A DNA stretch of 64,000 bases from Bacteroidota bacterium (GTDB taxonomy: Bacteria; Bacteroidota; Bacteroidia; CAILMK01): the NCBI GenBank assembly GCA_013288555.1, contig JABDBQ010000003.1, positions 10,945 through 74,944 of the forward strand, written 5' to 3'. This document shows, piece after piece, positions 51,549-59,711 of the stretch. Made by a program: the position numbers and the translations under genes. A model generated the notes under the pieces. That model was not told where the DNA came from and did no database searches. It worked only from the letters and a program-made list of their open reading frames with translations. The number at the start of each line of letters is the position of its first letter. Position 1 is the stretch's first letter.

Positions 51549-52292
51549 TTAATTTGAGTTAGGCGCAGTAGTTCCTGGTTTCTGTTCAATCAGGTTATAT
51601 CTTAATCCAATTGCTGAGCTTATATAGCCTGGATTAAAATTATTCGGTAAGATATCAGGGTTGCTACTTCCAAGATTTGCTGATGAAAAATGAGTTGTCT
51701 CCCCTGTGCATCCTCTGAGGTCAAGGAAAATATGGATTTTGGGGTTAAAGGCATACTCAATACCTAATCCAATTGCCGCCGATAGCCCACCATAAAATTT
51801 AGATTGGGTAGCTGAATTAGATGAAGTAGTATTTCCACTTGGGCCTGTCGTAGAAGCACCGTAATAAGAACTGTAAGAATATGTATTCACAGCCAATCCG
51901 CCCAAACCATAAAATGTAAATCCTTCATCAATAAAATTATGGGTAAAAGCATAATTAAATTCTGCTCTTAATATAAACGCAGGATCACTGACGTATACAT
52001 ATTCCTGATAATTTTGCCCATTAATAACAGTATCATGAACAGTTTTTTCGTTGTTTGTAAACTCATACTCGAGGTTTAAGACTACTCGCATTTTAGGTTT
52101 AATAATGTAATGCCCCTCAAAGGCAAAACCGTTTCCCTGTGTTGGACTATAAAAGCCGCTCGCCTCGCCATTTTCAGTATATCCCTGATTATCCAACCAG
52201 GAAACAGAGGATAATTGTATACCTACCCCATATTGGGAATAAGATCTTATAGACCAGAGGAACACAATAAAAAAACAGGTTAATAATTTCAT
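51549..52292 (-). CDS. Outer-membrane beta-barrel protein (OmpA-like barrel / porin family)
   Basis: Signal peptide MKLLTCFFIVFLWSIRSYSQ; alternating aromatic/Gly beta-strand pattern; C-terminal IGLRYNL. ATG at 52292 preferred over TTG at 52313. Confidence 0.65.
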   Translation of the reverse strand: MKLLTCFFIVFLWSIRSYSQYGVGIQLSSVSWLDNQGYTENGEASGFYSPTQGNGFAFEGHYIIKPKMRVVLNLEYEFTNNEKTVHDTVINGQNYQEYVYVSDPAFILRAEFNYAFTHNFIDEGFTFYGLGGLAVNTYSYSSYYGASTTGPSGNTTSSNSATQSKFYGGLSAAIGLGIEYAFNPKIHIFLDLRGCTGETTHFSSANLGSSNPDILPNNFNPGYISSAIGLRYNLIEQKPGTTAPNSN

Positions 52293-52310
52293 CTTAAATC
52301 TACTCAAATG

Positions 52311-52340
52311 CAAATATATTCATTATTTACTCACTACAAT
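52311..52340 (-). promoter_or_regulatory. Candidate promoter of the OMP gene (-7 TATATTTG, -33 TTG within the proximal 20-mer repeat)
   Basis: The minus strand reads aTTGtagtgagtaaataatgaaTATATTTG, 18 nt upstream of the ATG. Exact TAnnTTTG match with TTG 18 nt upstream. Confidence 0.4.
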
Positions 52341-52360
52341 CATTATTTACTCACTACAAA
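52321..52360. repeat. Tandem 20-bp duplication
   Basis: cattatttactcactacaat followed by cattatttactcactacaaa (19/20 identical), between the Nudix stop and the OMP start. Confidence 0.9.
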
Positions 52361-52390
52361 ATGTAGAACAAAAGTACCGGCAGATTGCAA

Positions 52391-53020
52391 TTAATCCTTT
52401 ATCTTCTCAACGCCGCCTAACAATAGTTCTTTAATTGAACTATAAGTATTTTTCATGTTCTCGTCAATATCATGCCCGCTAGCCCAAACAGCTTCCGTAA
52501 TGTCTTCCTTAGCCTGTGGTATGAGCGGGGAATCATCGTTGCATAACATTTTATACCAGTGTATTTCTTTCAGGAACAACTTATTGTGATCTTTAAATAC
52601 ATAAAACATCACAGTTTGTTTCCCATTCAGGCTGAGTCCCTTTACACCTGTTTCCTCACTCACTTCCCTTAAGGCTGCCGATTCAAGGTCTTCGCCCGGA
52701 TCGAGTTTGCCTTTGGGCAGATCCCATTTCCCTCTGCGGAAAATCATGAGCAACCGCCCATCGCCATTCCAAACCAGTCCGCCGGCAGCAACAACGGTTG
52801 TCATACTTCTCCGAATTTTTCCTAATGTTGCGGCAATGGAATCAACCCTGATAAAAAATGCAGAGCTCTTTTCCGCATTATAGATATCCATTAATAAGAG
52901 ATTGATATTCGTATCTGAATTCAGGGGTAATTCTATCCAGGAACTGTTCTCGGGTTCGTAGCCTGCTTCCAGAAATTGCAGCGGTTTATCGTTGATGAAT
53001 ATCTTAAAGCTTTCGGTCAT
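52391..53020 (-). CDS. NUDIX hydrolase with N-terminal domain of unknown function
   Basis: 209 aa. Nudix box GKLDPGEDLESAALREVSEETG. Confidence 0.85.
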   Translation of the reverse strand: MTESFKIFINDKPLQFLEAGYEPENSSWIELPLNSDTNINLLLMDIYNAEKSSAFFIRVDSIAATLGKIRRSMTTVVAAGGLVWNGDGRLLMIFRRGKWDLPKGKLDPGEDLESAALREVSEETGVKGLSLNGKQTVMFYVFKDHNKLFLKEIHWYKMLCNDDSPLIPQAKEDITEAVWASGHDIDENMKNTYSSIKELLLGGVEKIKD

Positions 53021-53175
53021 TTTGTTTGTTAATGATTTGATAGAGCAATTTGAGGAATATTTGCTGAAAACCAGCCTTAAGCCGGTAATCGTACGTAATT
53101 ATAGTGTAATGAACAATTTGGCTCTTTGAGCATTATATATATGAATTGAAATTCAAACCTCTAAATTAAAACATC

Positions 53176-53649
53176 ATGGAAAAAAATCAAGTATCAAAAC
53201 GGGGGCTTGTCCTAAAGTATGGCCTCATTACCGTATTTATGTTAATTGTGTATTTTGCAATTATGGCTGTTTTCGGATTGATCGGGTACTCGGCACTAAG
53301 GATCATCAATTATCCTCTCATAGCCCTGGGCGTTTTTCTTGCGATCAGAGAATTGAAACAAAAGCGCAATGATAACAACGTAGGTTATCTTGAAGGCTTC
53401 AGCACTGGCTTTGTCATTGTTATATTTACAGCTATCCTGTTTTCCATTTTCGTCTTTATTTATGCCCGGTTTATTAACCCAAATTTTATAGAACTTATAT
53501 GGCCTAATCCCTTTTCCCATAACAAAGATTCTAATGATGTTGCCTTCGGCATGTACACATTTGGAGAAACATTGATATTTGGCGTGATCCTGGTACTGAT
53601 TGTTATGATGTTCTTTAAGAACGACGGGTCACCTGAATCAGAAGGTTAA
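53176..53649 (+). CDS. DUF4199-like small membrane protein
   Basis: 157 aa, four TM helices. N-terminal KYGLITVFMLIVYFAIM pattern common to DUF4199 proteins of Bacteroidota. Confidence 0.55.
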   Translation: MEKNQVSKRGLVLKYGLITVFMLIVYFAIMAVFGLIGYSALRIINYPLIALGVFLAIRELKQKRNDNNVGYLEGFSTGFVIVIFTAILFSIFVFIYARFINPNFIELIWPNPFSHNKDSNDVAFGMYTFGETLIFGVILVLIVMMFFKNDGSPESEG

Positions 53650-53663
53650 GAACGAGAATACAA

Positions 53664-53697
53664 TAAACACAAAAAGGGAAGCTTATCGCTTCCCTTT
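53664..53697 (-). terminator. Intrinsic terminator after rplT (usable from both directions)
   Basis: 10-bp perfect stem aaagggaagc-ttatc-gcttcccttt. On the minus strand it is followed by ttgtgtttatt. Between convergent stops at 53649 and 53723. Confidence 0.8.
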
Positions 53698-53722
53698 CAA
53701 TATATTATAAATCAATAATAAA

Positions 53723-54067
53723 CTACTTAACGGCTTTCACCACTGCCTCGAATGCATCGGGGTTGTTCATGGCCAGGTCGGCCAGGGTTTTGCGGTTCAG
53801 CTCTACATTGTGTTCATGGATCTTGCCCATAAACGCGCTGTAGCTCATGCCTTGCTCACGTGCTGCAGCATTGATACGCTGAATCCATAATGCCCTGAAA
53901 GTTCTTTTCTTTACTTTCCTGTCGCGATAGGCATATACCATACCTTTCTCTACCGCGTTTTTCGCTACGGTATAGACATTTTTTCTACGGCCCCAATAGC
54001 CTTTGGCAGCTTTGAGTATCTTTTTTCTTCTTGCCTTACTGGCGGGGTTGTTCGTTGCTCTTGGCAT
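53723..54067 (-). CDS. rplT: 50S ribosomal protein L20
   Basis: 114 aa. [30 protein letters not shown]. Confidence 0.97.
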   Translation of the reverse strand: MPRATNNPASKARRKKILKAAKGYWGRRKNVYTVAKNAVEKGMVYAYRDRKVKKRTFRALWIQRINAAAREQGMSYSAFMGKIHEHNVELNRKTLADLAMNNPDAFEAVVKAVK

Positions 54068-54105
54068 GACGTATTACTTTTATCTGAATCTGTTAATTAA
54101 AAAAA

Positions 54106-54306
54106 TTATTTACCGATGGTCAACAGGCGTTTTACATTGCCTTCATCAGCTTTATTCACGATCGCAAACTTTACAAGTCTTTTCTTGCGGTCTTTGCTTT
54201 TCTTGGTAAGAATGTGGTTTTTATAAGCGTGCTTTCTTTTAATCTTACCTGTTGCAGTCAAAGTAAATCTTTTCTTTGCTGCTGAATTGGTCTTCATCTT
54301 TGGCAT
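54106..54306 (-). CDS. rpmI: 50S ribosomal protein L35
   Basis: 66 aa. [14 protein letters not shown]. Confidence 0.95.
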   Translation of the reverse strand: MPKMKTNSAAKKRFTLTATGKIKRKHAYKNHILTKKSKDRKKRLVKFAIVNKADEGNVKRLLTIGK

Positions 54307-54349
54307 ATCTCTGTTCTTTATTCGTTGTGCTTCTTATTATTCTGTATTG

Positions 54350-54373
54350 CATTTGCACATTTGCACATTTGCA
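54350..54373. repeat. Perfect octamer tandem repeat (catttgca x3) in the infC-rpmI spacer
   Basis: Plus strand reads catttgcacatttgcacatttgca. The operon (minus) strand reads tgcaaatg x3. Confidence 0.9.
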
Positions 54374-54387
54374 TGTTGTCTCATTGT

Positions 54388-54942
54388 TTATGACTTCTTT
54401 CCTTTCGGGTTTATAAATATAAACATCCTCTTTCCTTCCAGTTTCGGCAATTGTTCTACTTTGCCTGCATCTTCAAGTTCCTGTGCAAACTTCAGCAGCA
54501 GCACTTCTCCTCTTTCCTTGTGAATGATGGTACGTCCTTTAAAATGCACGTAAGCCTTCACTTTTGATCCCTCTTCCAAAAACTTCTTTGCATGTTTGAG
54601 CTTAAACTCAAAATCATGCTCATCTGTATTTGGTCCAAACCTGATCTCTTTTACGACCATTTTCACGGCTTTGGCTTTCATTTCCTTCTGCCGTTTCTTC
54701 TGTTCGTAGAGAAACTTTGTATAATCTACTACCCGGCATACCGGCATGTCTTCCTGGAGGGATATTTCTACCAGGTCTAACTCCATGTCGTTAGCCATCC
54801 GCAACGCTTCTTCGGTATTGTACAATCCCGGAGTAACGTTTTCTCCTACCAACCGCACTTTAGGGGCGGTTATCTCCCTGTTGATCCTGTTTGCAAACCG
54901 GGGATCCGGTGCCCGGTTATACCTGTTGTCTGGTTCTCTGAT
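54388..54942 (-). CDS. infC: Translation initiation factor IF-3 (probable non-AUG start)
   Basis: The track ORF starts at GTG 54858 (VRLVGENV...). The frame stays open upstream to the thrS stop and encodes ...[11 protein letters not shown], the conserved IF-3 N-terminal segment. No ATG is present; ATC at 54940-54942 is the only near-cognate candidate near the top of the frame. Confidence 0.8.
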   Translation of the reverse strand: MREPDNRYNRAPDPRFANRINREITAPKVRLVGENVTPGLYNTEEALRMANDMELDLVEISLQEDMPVCRVVDYTKFLYEQKKRQKEMKAKAVKMVVKEIRFGPNTDEHDFEFKLKHAKKFLEEGSKVKAYVHFKGRTIIHKERGEVLLLKFAQELEDAGKVEQLPKLEGKRMFIFINPKGKKS

Positions 54943-54954
54943 AAGCGACCTTGT

Positions 54955-56883
54955 TTAAATAGATTCTATCTCTTTTTTTAAATGTTCTATAAATAAACTC
55001 ACTTCGAAAGCCCCGAGGTCTCCCTCTTTGTGCTTGCGAACTGAAATTCTTTCTTCTGTTTCTTCTTTTTCCCCTACAATCACCATATAAGGGACCTTTT
55101 TCAACTCGGCTTCCCTGATCTTCTTCCCGATTTTTTCATTACGGTCGTCTAGGGAGGTGCGAATTTCGGAATTATTCAGCACATTACAAACATTCTGTGC
55201 ATAATTAATATATTTTTCGGCTACAGGAATCACCATAACCTGCTCGGGTGCCAGCCATAATGGAAACTCCCCGGCGCATTGTTCGATCAGTATTCCCATA
55301 AACCTTTCCATGCTCCCAAATGGGGCACGGTGTATCATTACAGGGCGGTGTTTCTGATTATCAGCCCCGGTGTATTCCAGTTCGAAACGCTCAGGAAGGT
55401 TATAATCCACCTGTATGGTTCCCAGCTGCCAGCTTCTTCCAAGCACATCTTTTACCATGAAATCCAGCTTCGGGCCATAAAAGGCAGCTTCGCCAAGTTC
55501 GGTTATGGTTTTCAGGCCTTTTTCTGCGGCGGCTTCTACAATTGCCGATTCAGCTTTGGCCCAGTTTTCATCACTGCCGATATATTTGGTCTTATTTTCA
55601 GGGTCACGTAGACTGATCTGTGCTGTAAATTCTGAAAACCCAAGCTTGGTAAATACCAGGGTCACCAGGTCTATAACATTCAAAAATTCTTCTTTTACCT
55701 GGTCGGCGCGGCAGAAAATATGTGAATCATCCACCGTAAATCCTCTCACCCGGGTCAATCCGTTAAGCTCGCCACTCTGCTCATAGCGATACACAGTACC
55801 AAATTCCGCAATCCTTACTGGTAAGTCACGGTACGAACGGGCTTTGCTTTTATAAATTTCGCAGTGATGCGGACAGTTCATCGGTTTCAGCAGGTATTCT
55901 TCCTTGCTGTCAGGAGTGGTTATCGGCTGAAAAGAATCTTTGCCGTATTTCTCATAGTGACCCGAAGTAACATAAAGGTCTTTTTTACCAATATGCGGGG
56001 TAATCACAGGCACATAACCTCTTTTTTTCTGTTCTTTTCTCAGGAATTGTTCCAGCTGGTCGCGGATAATGGTTCCGTTTGGCAGCCATAATGGAAGCCC
56101 GGCTCCTACTTTATCTGAAAATGTAAACAGTTCGAGTTCCTTGCCCAACTTACGATGATCACGTTTTTTGGCTTCTTCAAGCAAAACCAGGTATTCGTCC
56201 AGCATTTTCTGCTTGGGGAAGGTAATACCGTAGATACGGGTGAGCTGTTTGTTCTTTTCATCGCCGCGCCAATAGGCCCCTGCAATATTGGTAAGCTTTA
56301 TCGCTTTGATATAACTGGTATCCGGCAGGTGCGGTCCGCGACAGAGATCCGTGAAATTGCCCTGGGTATAAAAAGTGATCTCACCTGGGTTGAGCCCTTC
56401 GATCAGTTCCAGTTTGTATTCGTCGCCTTTTTCGGTGAAGTATTTCACAGCTTCGGCCTTGGCAACTTTGGTACGGACGTATTTTTCATTTTTACGGGCG
56501 AGATCGACCATCATCTTCTCGATCATCAACAGTTCTGCGGCAGTGATTTCATGATCGCCCAGGTCCACATCATAATAATAGCCATTGGCTACGGGAGGGC
56601 CAATACCGAATTTAATGCCCGGATAGAGTTCCTGCAATGCCTCAGCCATAAGGTGTGCTGATGAATGCCACATCACCTTTTTGCCTTCTTCATCATCCCA
56701 GGTAAAGATTTTTACCTGCGCATCCGTATTGATGGGACGCGTCAGGTCGCGGGTTTCACCATCGACAGAAATACCCAAAGCTTCTTTTGCCAGCCTCGGA
56801 CTTATACTCTCGGCAATTTCCAGCCCGGTAACGCCTTCATTGTGCGTTACTACCTTACCATCAGGGAATGTAATCTTTATCAT
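54955..56883 (-). CDS. thrS: Threonine--tRNA ligase
   Basis: 642 aa. TGS domain, second additional domain ([10 protein letters not shown]), class II core ([24 protein letters not shown]), anticodon-binding domain. Confidence 0.97.
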   Translation of the reverse strand: MIKITFPDGKVVTHNEGVTGLEIAESISPRLAKEALGISVDGETRDLTRPINTDAQVKIFTWDDEEGKKVMWHSSAHLMAEALQELYPGIKFGIGPPVANGYYYDVDLGDHEITAAELLMIEKMMVDLARKNEKYVRTKVAKAEAVKYFTEKGDEYKLELIEGLNPGEITFYTQGNFTDLCRGPHLPDTSYIKAIKLTNIAGAYWRGDEKNKQLTRIYGITFPKQKMLDEYLVLLEEAKKRDHRKLGKELELFTFSDKVGAGLPLWLPNGTIIRDQLEQFLRKEQKKRGYVPVITPHIGKKDLYVTSGHYEKYGKDSFQPITTPDSKEEYLLKPMNCPHHCEIYKSKARSYRDLPVRIAEFGTVYRYEQSGELNGLTRVRGFTVDDSHIFCRADQVKEEFLNVIDLVTLVFTKLGFSEFTAQISLRDPENKTKYIGSDENWAKAESAIVEAAAEKGLKTITELGEAAFYGPKLDFMVKDVLGRSWQLGTIQVDYNLPERFELEYTGADNQKHRPVMIHRAPFGSMERFMGILIEQCAGEFPLWLAPEQVMVIPVAEKYINYAQNVCNVLNNSEIRTSLDDRNEKIGKKIREAELKKVPYMVIVGEKEETEERISVRKHKEGDLGAFEVSLFIEHLKKEIESI

Positions 56884-56888
56884 AACTG

Positions 56889-56896
56889 CAAAGGTA
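56889..56896 (-). promoter_or_regulatory. Candidate -7 box (TACCTTTG) for thrS
   Basis: Exact TAnnTTTG on the minus strand, ending 5 nt before the thrS ATG. No clear -33 TTG. Confidence 0.3.
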
Positions 56897-56915
56897 TGAA
56901 TTTGGAATTAAAGAG

Positions 56916-56943
56916 TGAGAGGTGAGAAGTAAGAAGTGAGAAG
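56916..56943. repeat. Heptamer tandem repeat tgagagg/tgagaag/taagaag/tgagaag (purine-rich repeat, copy C)
   Basis: Same unit as 50089-50116, preceded by gaatttggaattaaaga, which resembles the head of copy A. Confidence 0.8.
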
Positions 56944-56964
56944 ACTATTTGGGAATGAGGCAAT

Positions 56965-57012
56965 GTGCCGATGTGCTGATGTGATAATGTGATAATGTGA
57001 TAATGTGTTAAT
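56965..57012. repeat. Octamer tandem repeat x6 (gtgccgat gtgctgat gtgataat x3 gtgttaat)
   Basis: Read directly; six contiguous 8-mers with consensus gtgNtRat. Confidence 0.9.
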
Positions 57013-57040
57013 TAAAATACAAATGCTGAAAGATGGGATT

Positions 57041-57208
57041 CCCCTTTCAAAAGGGGGCACGTGTCCCGACTTCCTCGGGAGGGGGATTCTACGCTCGCGT
57101 CAGCAATATTCCCCTCCACGGTTGAGCCTGTCCCGCTTGTCCCGACTTATTCGGGGACCAATTCGGGAGAGGGGTGACCGTAGGCCTGCCTGTCCCGAGA
57201 ACTCGGGA
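57041..57208. repeat. Cluster of REP-like GC hairpins (gtcccga-N4-5-tcggga family)
   Basis: Hairpins at 57041-57056 (cccctt/aagggg), 57064-57080 (tcccga-cttcc-tcggga), 57139-57158 (gtcccga-cttat-tcgg(g)gac) and 57193-57208 (tcccga-gaac-tcggga). Confidence 0.75.
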
Positions 57209-57280
57209 GGGTGGTTCGATGGATAAACACAAAACGCCATTCTGAATCTTCCACCATTTGCTCCCTGTTATAACAGGAAA

Positions 57281-57482
57281 ATTCATTTTTTTCATTTTTC
57301 AACCTATTGATATTTAATAATTTACACGTAACTCGTTGACAAATAACCAGCGATAACAGGAAAAATACAGGCCAGAATAGGTAAAAAGGCGGGTTTATCC
57401 TTCGCCCGCTGAAGCCTTGGCGTAAGCGGGTCATTTCTGTTTTATCATCTCGCAGGAGATTTCATGATTTTCTTGCGTCAGC
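57281..57482. repeat. Diverged about 200-bp module, copy 1
   Basis: Shared blocks with copy 2: ttcattttttt, cgtaactcgttgac (57327-57340), gataaca, aatagg, aaaggcNggtttatc, tcatYYc..gcagga..gat, cttRcg. Confidence 0.65.
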
Positions 57483-57484
57483 CT

Positions 57485-57513
57485 CAATTCGTAATTCGTA
57501 ATTCATAATTCCA
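57485..57513. repeat. Heptamer tandem repeat (aattcgt x2, aattcat, aattcca)
   Basis: Same unit as 30734-30761; directly follows module copy 1. Confidence 0.85.
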
Positions 57514-57593
57514 AAAAACCTCTTTTCATTGTTTTCCTATTGATAAATTCCAAAAAACGCCCTTTTTGACCATTCTGGATTGATATATCAATG

Positions 57594-57775
57594 ATTTCAT
57601 TTTTTTAGTTTTTAATCTTTTAATTTTCAATCACATACCCGTAACTCGTTGACGATTATCAATAGATAACAATAAAAGATCAATAGGAAATGGCTTTAAA
57701 GGCCGGTTTATCTTTTTCATATTGTAAGTTGTCATTCCGACGGCAGGAGGAATCTGATGCATTTTTACTTACGCC
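57594..57775. repeat. Diverged about 200-bp module, copy 2
   Basis: Core cgtaactcgttgac at about 57640-57653, 313 bp after the copy-1 core. Contains an inverted gattaaaag-type word stretch at about 57598-57632. Confidence 0.65.
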
Positions 57776-57795
57776 TTACGCCTTATCCCTTACGC
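57768..57795. repeat. Heptamer tandem repeat (cttacgc x2, cttatcc, cttacgc)
   Basis: Read directly; follows module copy 2. Confidence 0.9.
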
Positions 57796-58042
57796 CTGTT
57801 TTTATATACATATATAGCGAAACCCCAAAGTGGGTGGGTACTTTGAAAAAATATTTTTTAACTGATATTTATTCAATGAGTTATAAGCGAAAATATTTTG
57901 GAAAATGTTTTACTTTTGGGTAACCTGTTGCAAATGGCATTCCCTGCTATGCTCAGCCTCCGGGCTATATTTCCCCAAGCCCTCAGCCTCCAGGCTGTAA
58001 CATGATGGCAGCACGGAACCGGAATAACCCTCTAAAAATCTT

Positions 58043-59455
58043 TTAGAAACTCAAACTGGCCATCCCCATTTTAGTATTGGTAGCCAGGCCAAAAAACAGG
58101 TAAGAATGATCTGACTGTTTGTAGAAATGCAGGATATTTATACCATATCCGTGTTCTTTATAAGGGTTAACCTCTGTAGTGCCCCCCAATTCTAAATCCA
58201 GGTTATAAGTCCTGATATTAAGCATGGTACTGCCACCTTGTTTATCGTCTTCAGTTGTATAATACAAAAGGCATATATCATTATTGTTGTATATTACATT
58301 ATAAAACGGAATTATAAATCTCAGTTTTTGATCCTTTGAGATCTTGGTAATCAATTTTTGAACCGTTTCATCTTTATTTACAATTTTTACAAGCAATATA
58401 CATTCGGGCAATGCCAGCTCTCCGCTGAAAGTATTTGCGCGGGTGTTAAATATGAAAACAGGCGTTCCGGCATTACTTAATGTAACAGATTTTAACTCGA
58501 GACCCACCAGCCCATCTACATCGTCCTTGTCCTTAGCCTCGGTAATGATCTTATCATCAAAAGCGATATTTTTTTGTTCATCCAGTTTCTTCATATCCGC
58601 ACCCTGGTACACGGCATATGAAAAGCTCTTGCTGATGGTGAGGTCGGTATGAGTGCCATAATGTAAAAAATGTCCTTTATCAGCTGCGCCACTGAAGGTT
58701 AAGGCATATACCAGGTCATTTTCCTGGTCATAAAAGATATCGCCCACGGCGCCCATCTTAGTTTCGATAAGTTTATTTTTAGCGTCAACCGTTACCAAAC
58801 TATAAGATTTGTCATTATCCTTCTCATAAGAGATCATAACCATTGTGCCGGTGTTGGTAACATTAATTTCCTTTGCACTTTTTTCGAAATTCCGCTCCCA
58901 TTTTTTATCAAGGTCTTTATCAAACATTTTAAAAATCTCACCAAACCGAACTAAAAAACAATTATTGTTTTCTGATACTGTGATATACATATTTCTGTCC
59001 AGCATCTTCTTATCCCTGTTGGTTTTTTTATCAATGAGGGCAACCGTTTTCTCCCGTTTCCCATTTTCATCGAATACATCTGCATAAAAATCAACAGAAT
59101 AGCCCCCCTTAAACGTCTTATAGAGTACAATGATCTTTTTATCTGAAATATAACAAGCCTCTATTTTATACAAGTCATAGTCCGTTTTTACTTTGATCGC
59201 TTCCGGCGTTTCTGAACCATTTGAATATTTTAGAATATAGAAATGTCCGATCTTTCTCACTTCCGCGCCATCGAAACCAAAAAGTGGTTGATTACCGCCC
59301 AATCTGTAGCTTACGCCTCCATCTTCACCTATAGGATATTGGTAAAGACCGTGTTTTACTCTTTTAGCTTCATTCCATTTGAATTTCTGAGCTATTACAC
59401 TGTGTGATGTCAATACAATTAAAATAAAGAGAATACCTGTATAGAATTTTTTCAT
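58043..59455 (-). CDS. Hypothetical secreted protein
   Basis: The ORF opens at 59563, but MKKFYTGILFILIVLTSHSVIAQ (signal peptide) at 59455 is the likely start. 470 aa, Lys/Asp-rich, beta-rich pattern, ends in ...ASLSF. No family recognised. Confidence 0.55.
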   Translation of the reverse strand: MKKFYTGILFILIVLTSHSVIAQKFKWNEAKRVKHGLYQYPIGEDGGVSYRLGGNQPLFGFDGAEVRKIGHFYILKYSNGSETPEAIKVKTDYDLYKIEACYISDKKIIVLYKTFKGGYSVDFYADVFDENGKREKTVALIDKKTNRDKKMLDRNMYITVSENNNCFLVRFGEIFKMFDKDLDKKWERNFEKSAKEINVTNTGTMVMISYEKDNDKSYSLVTVDAKNKLIETKMGAVGDIFYDQENDLVYALTFSGAADKGHFLHYGTHTDLTISKSFSYAVYQGADMKKLDEQKNIAFDDKIITEAKDKDDVDGLVGLELKSVTLSNAGTPVFIFNTRANTFSGELALPECILLVKIVNKDETVQKLITKISKDQKLRFIIPFYNVIYNNNDICLLYYTTEDDKQGGSTMLNIRTYNLDLELGGTTEVNPYKEHGYGINILHFYKQSDHSYLFFGLATNTKMGMASLSF

Positions 59456-59711
59456 ATGGTTGTTTTTTGGCAAATATAAGGGAACTCCTAAAATCAAAAT
59501 ATAAATTTTCAATATCAAATCTTTTGATTCAAAAAAATACTCCGACAGATTTCGCAATGGCATCTATTATATATCTTATTGAACAGGAATTTAATTTTCA
59601 GTTACAATATGAGGCGGGCAGCTTCGTCTACGGGTTGAGCAGGGACTTCAATAGAAAAACCGGTAAGGTTTTGGAAACTTTATAGGTTTAAATAATAAAT
59701 AAACGAAAAAC

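Noticed and set aside
56965-57012. Tandem 8-mers, the 7-mer arrays and the Wzc YG tract considered as a possible CRISPR array
   Set aside because: Units are 6-8 nt and contiguous, with no 25-40-nt unique spacers and no cas genes in the window. They are microsatellite-like tandem repeats, not CRISPR.
57195-57225. tRNA-like T-loop string ggttcgatgg
   Set aside because: There is no complementary T-stem, acceptor stem or anticodon arm around it. I recognised no cloverleaf anywhere in the window.
56884-57300. T-box or other leader riboswitch upstream of thrS
   Set aside because: I could not find the conserved T-box core or a specifier-loop/antiterminator arrangement. The structured elements present are short repeated hairpins shared with unrelated loci.
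57005-57923. ORFs 57005-57226 (+), 57089-57295 (-), 57147-57434 (-) and 57690-57923 (+) in the thrS upstream spacer
   Set aside because: Their sequences are dictated by the hairpin and heptamer repeats (for example LSLSRLSRLIRG, LTPYALSLTP). They overlap one another, lack signal or domain features, and two begin with non-ATG codons. I treat them as non-coding repeat DNA.
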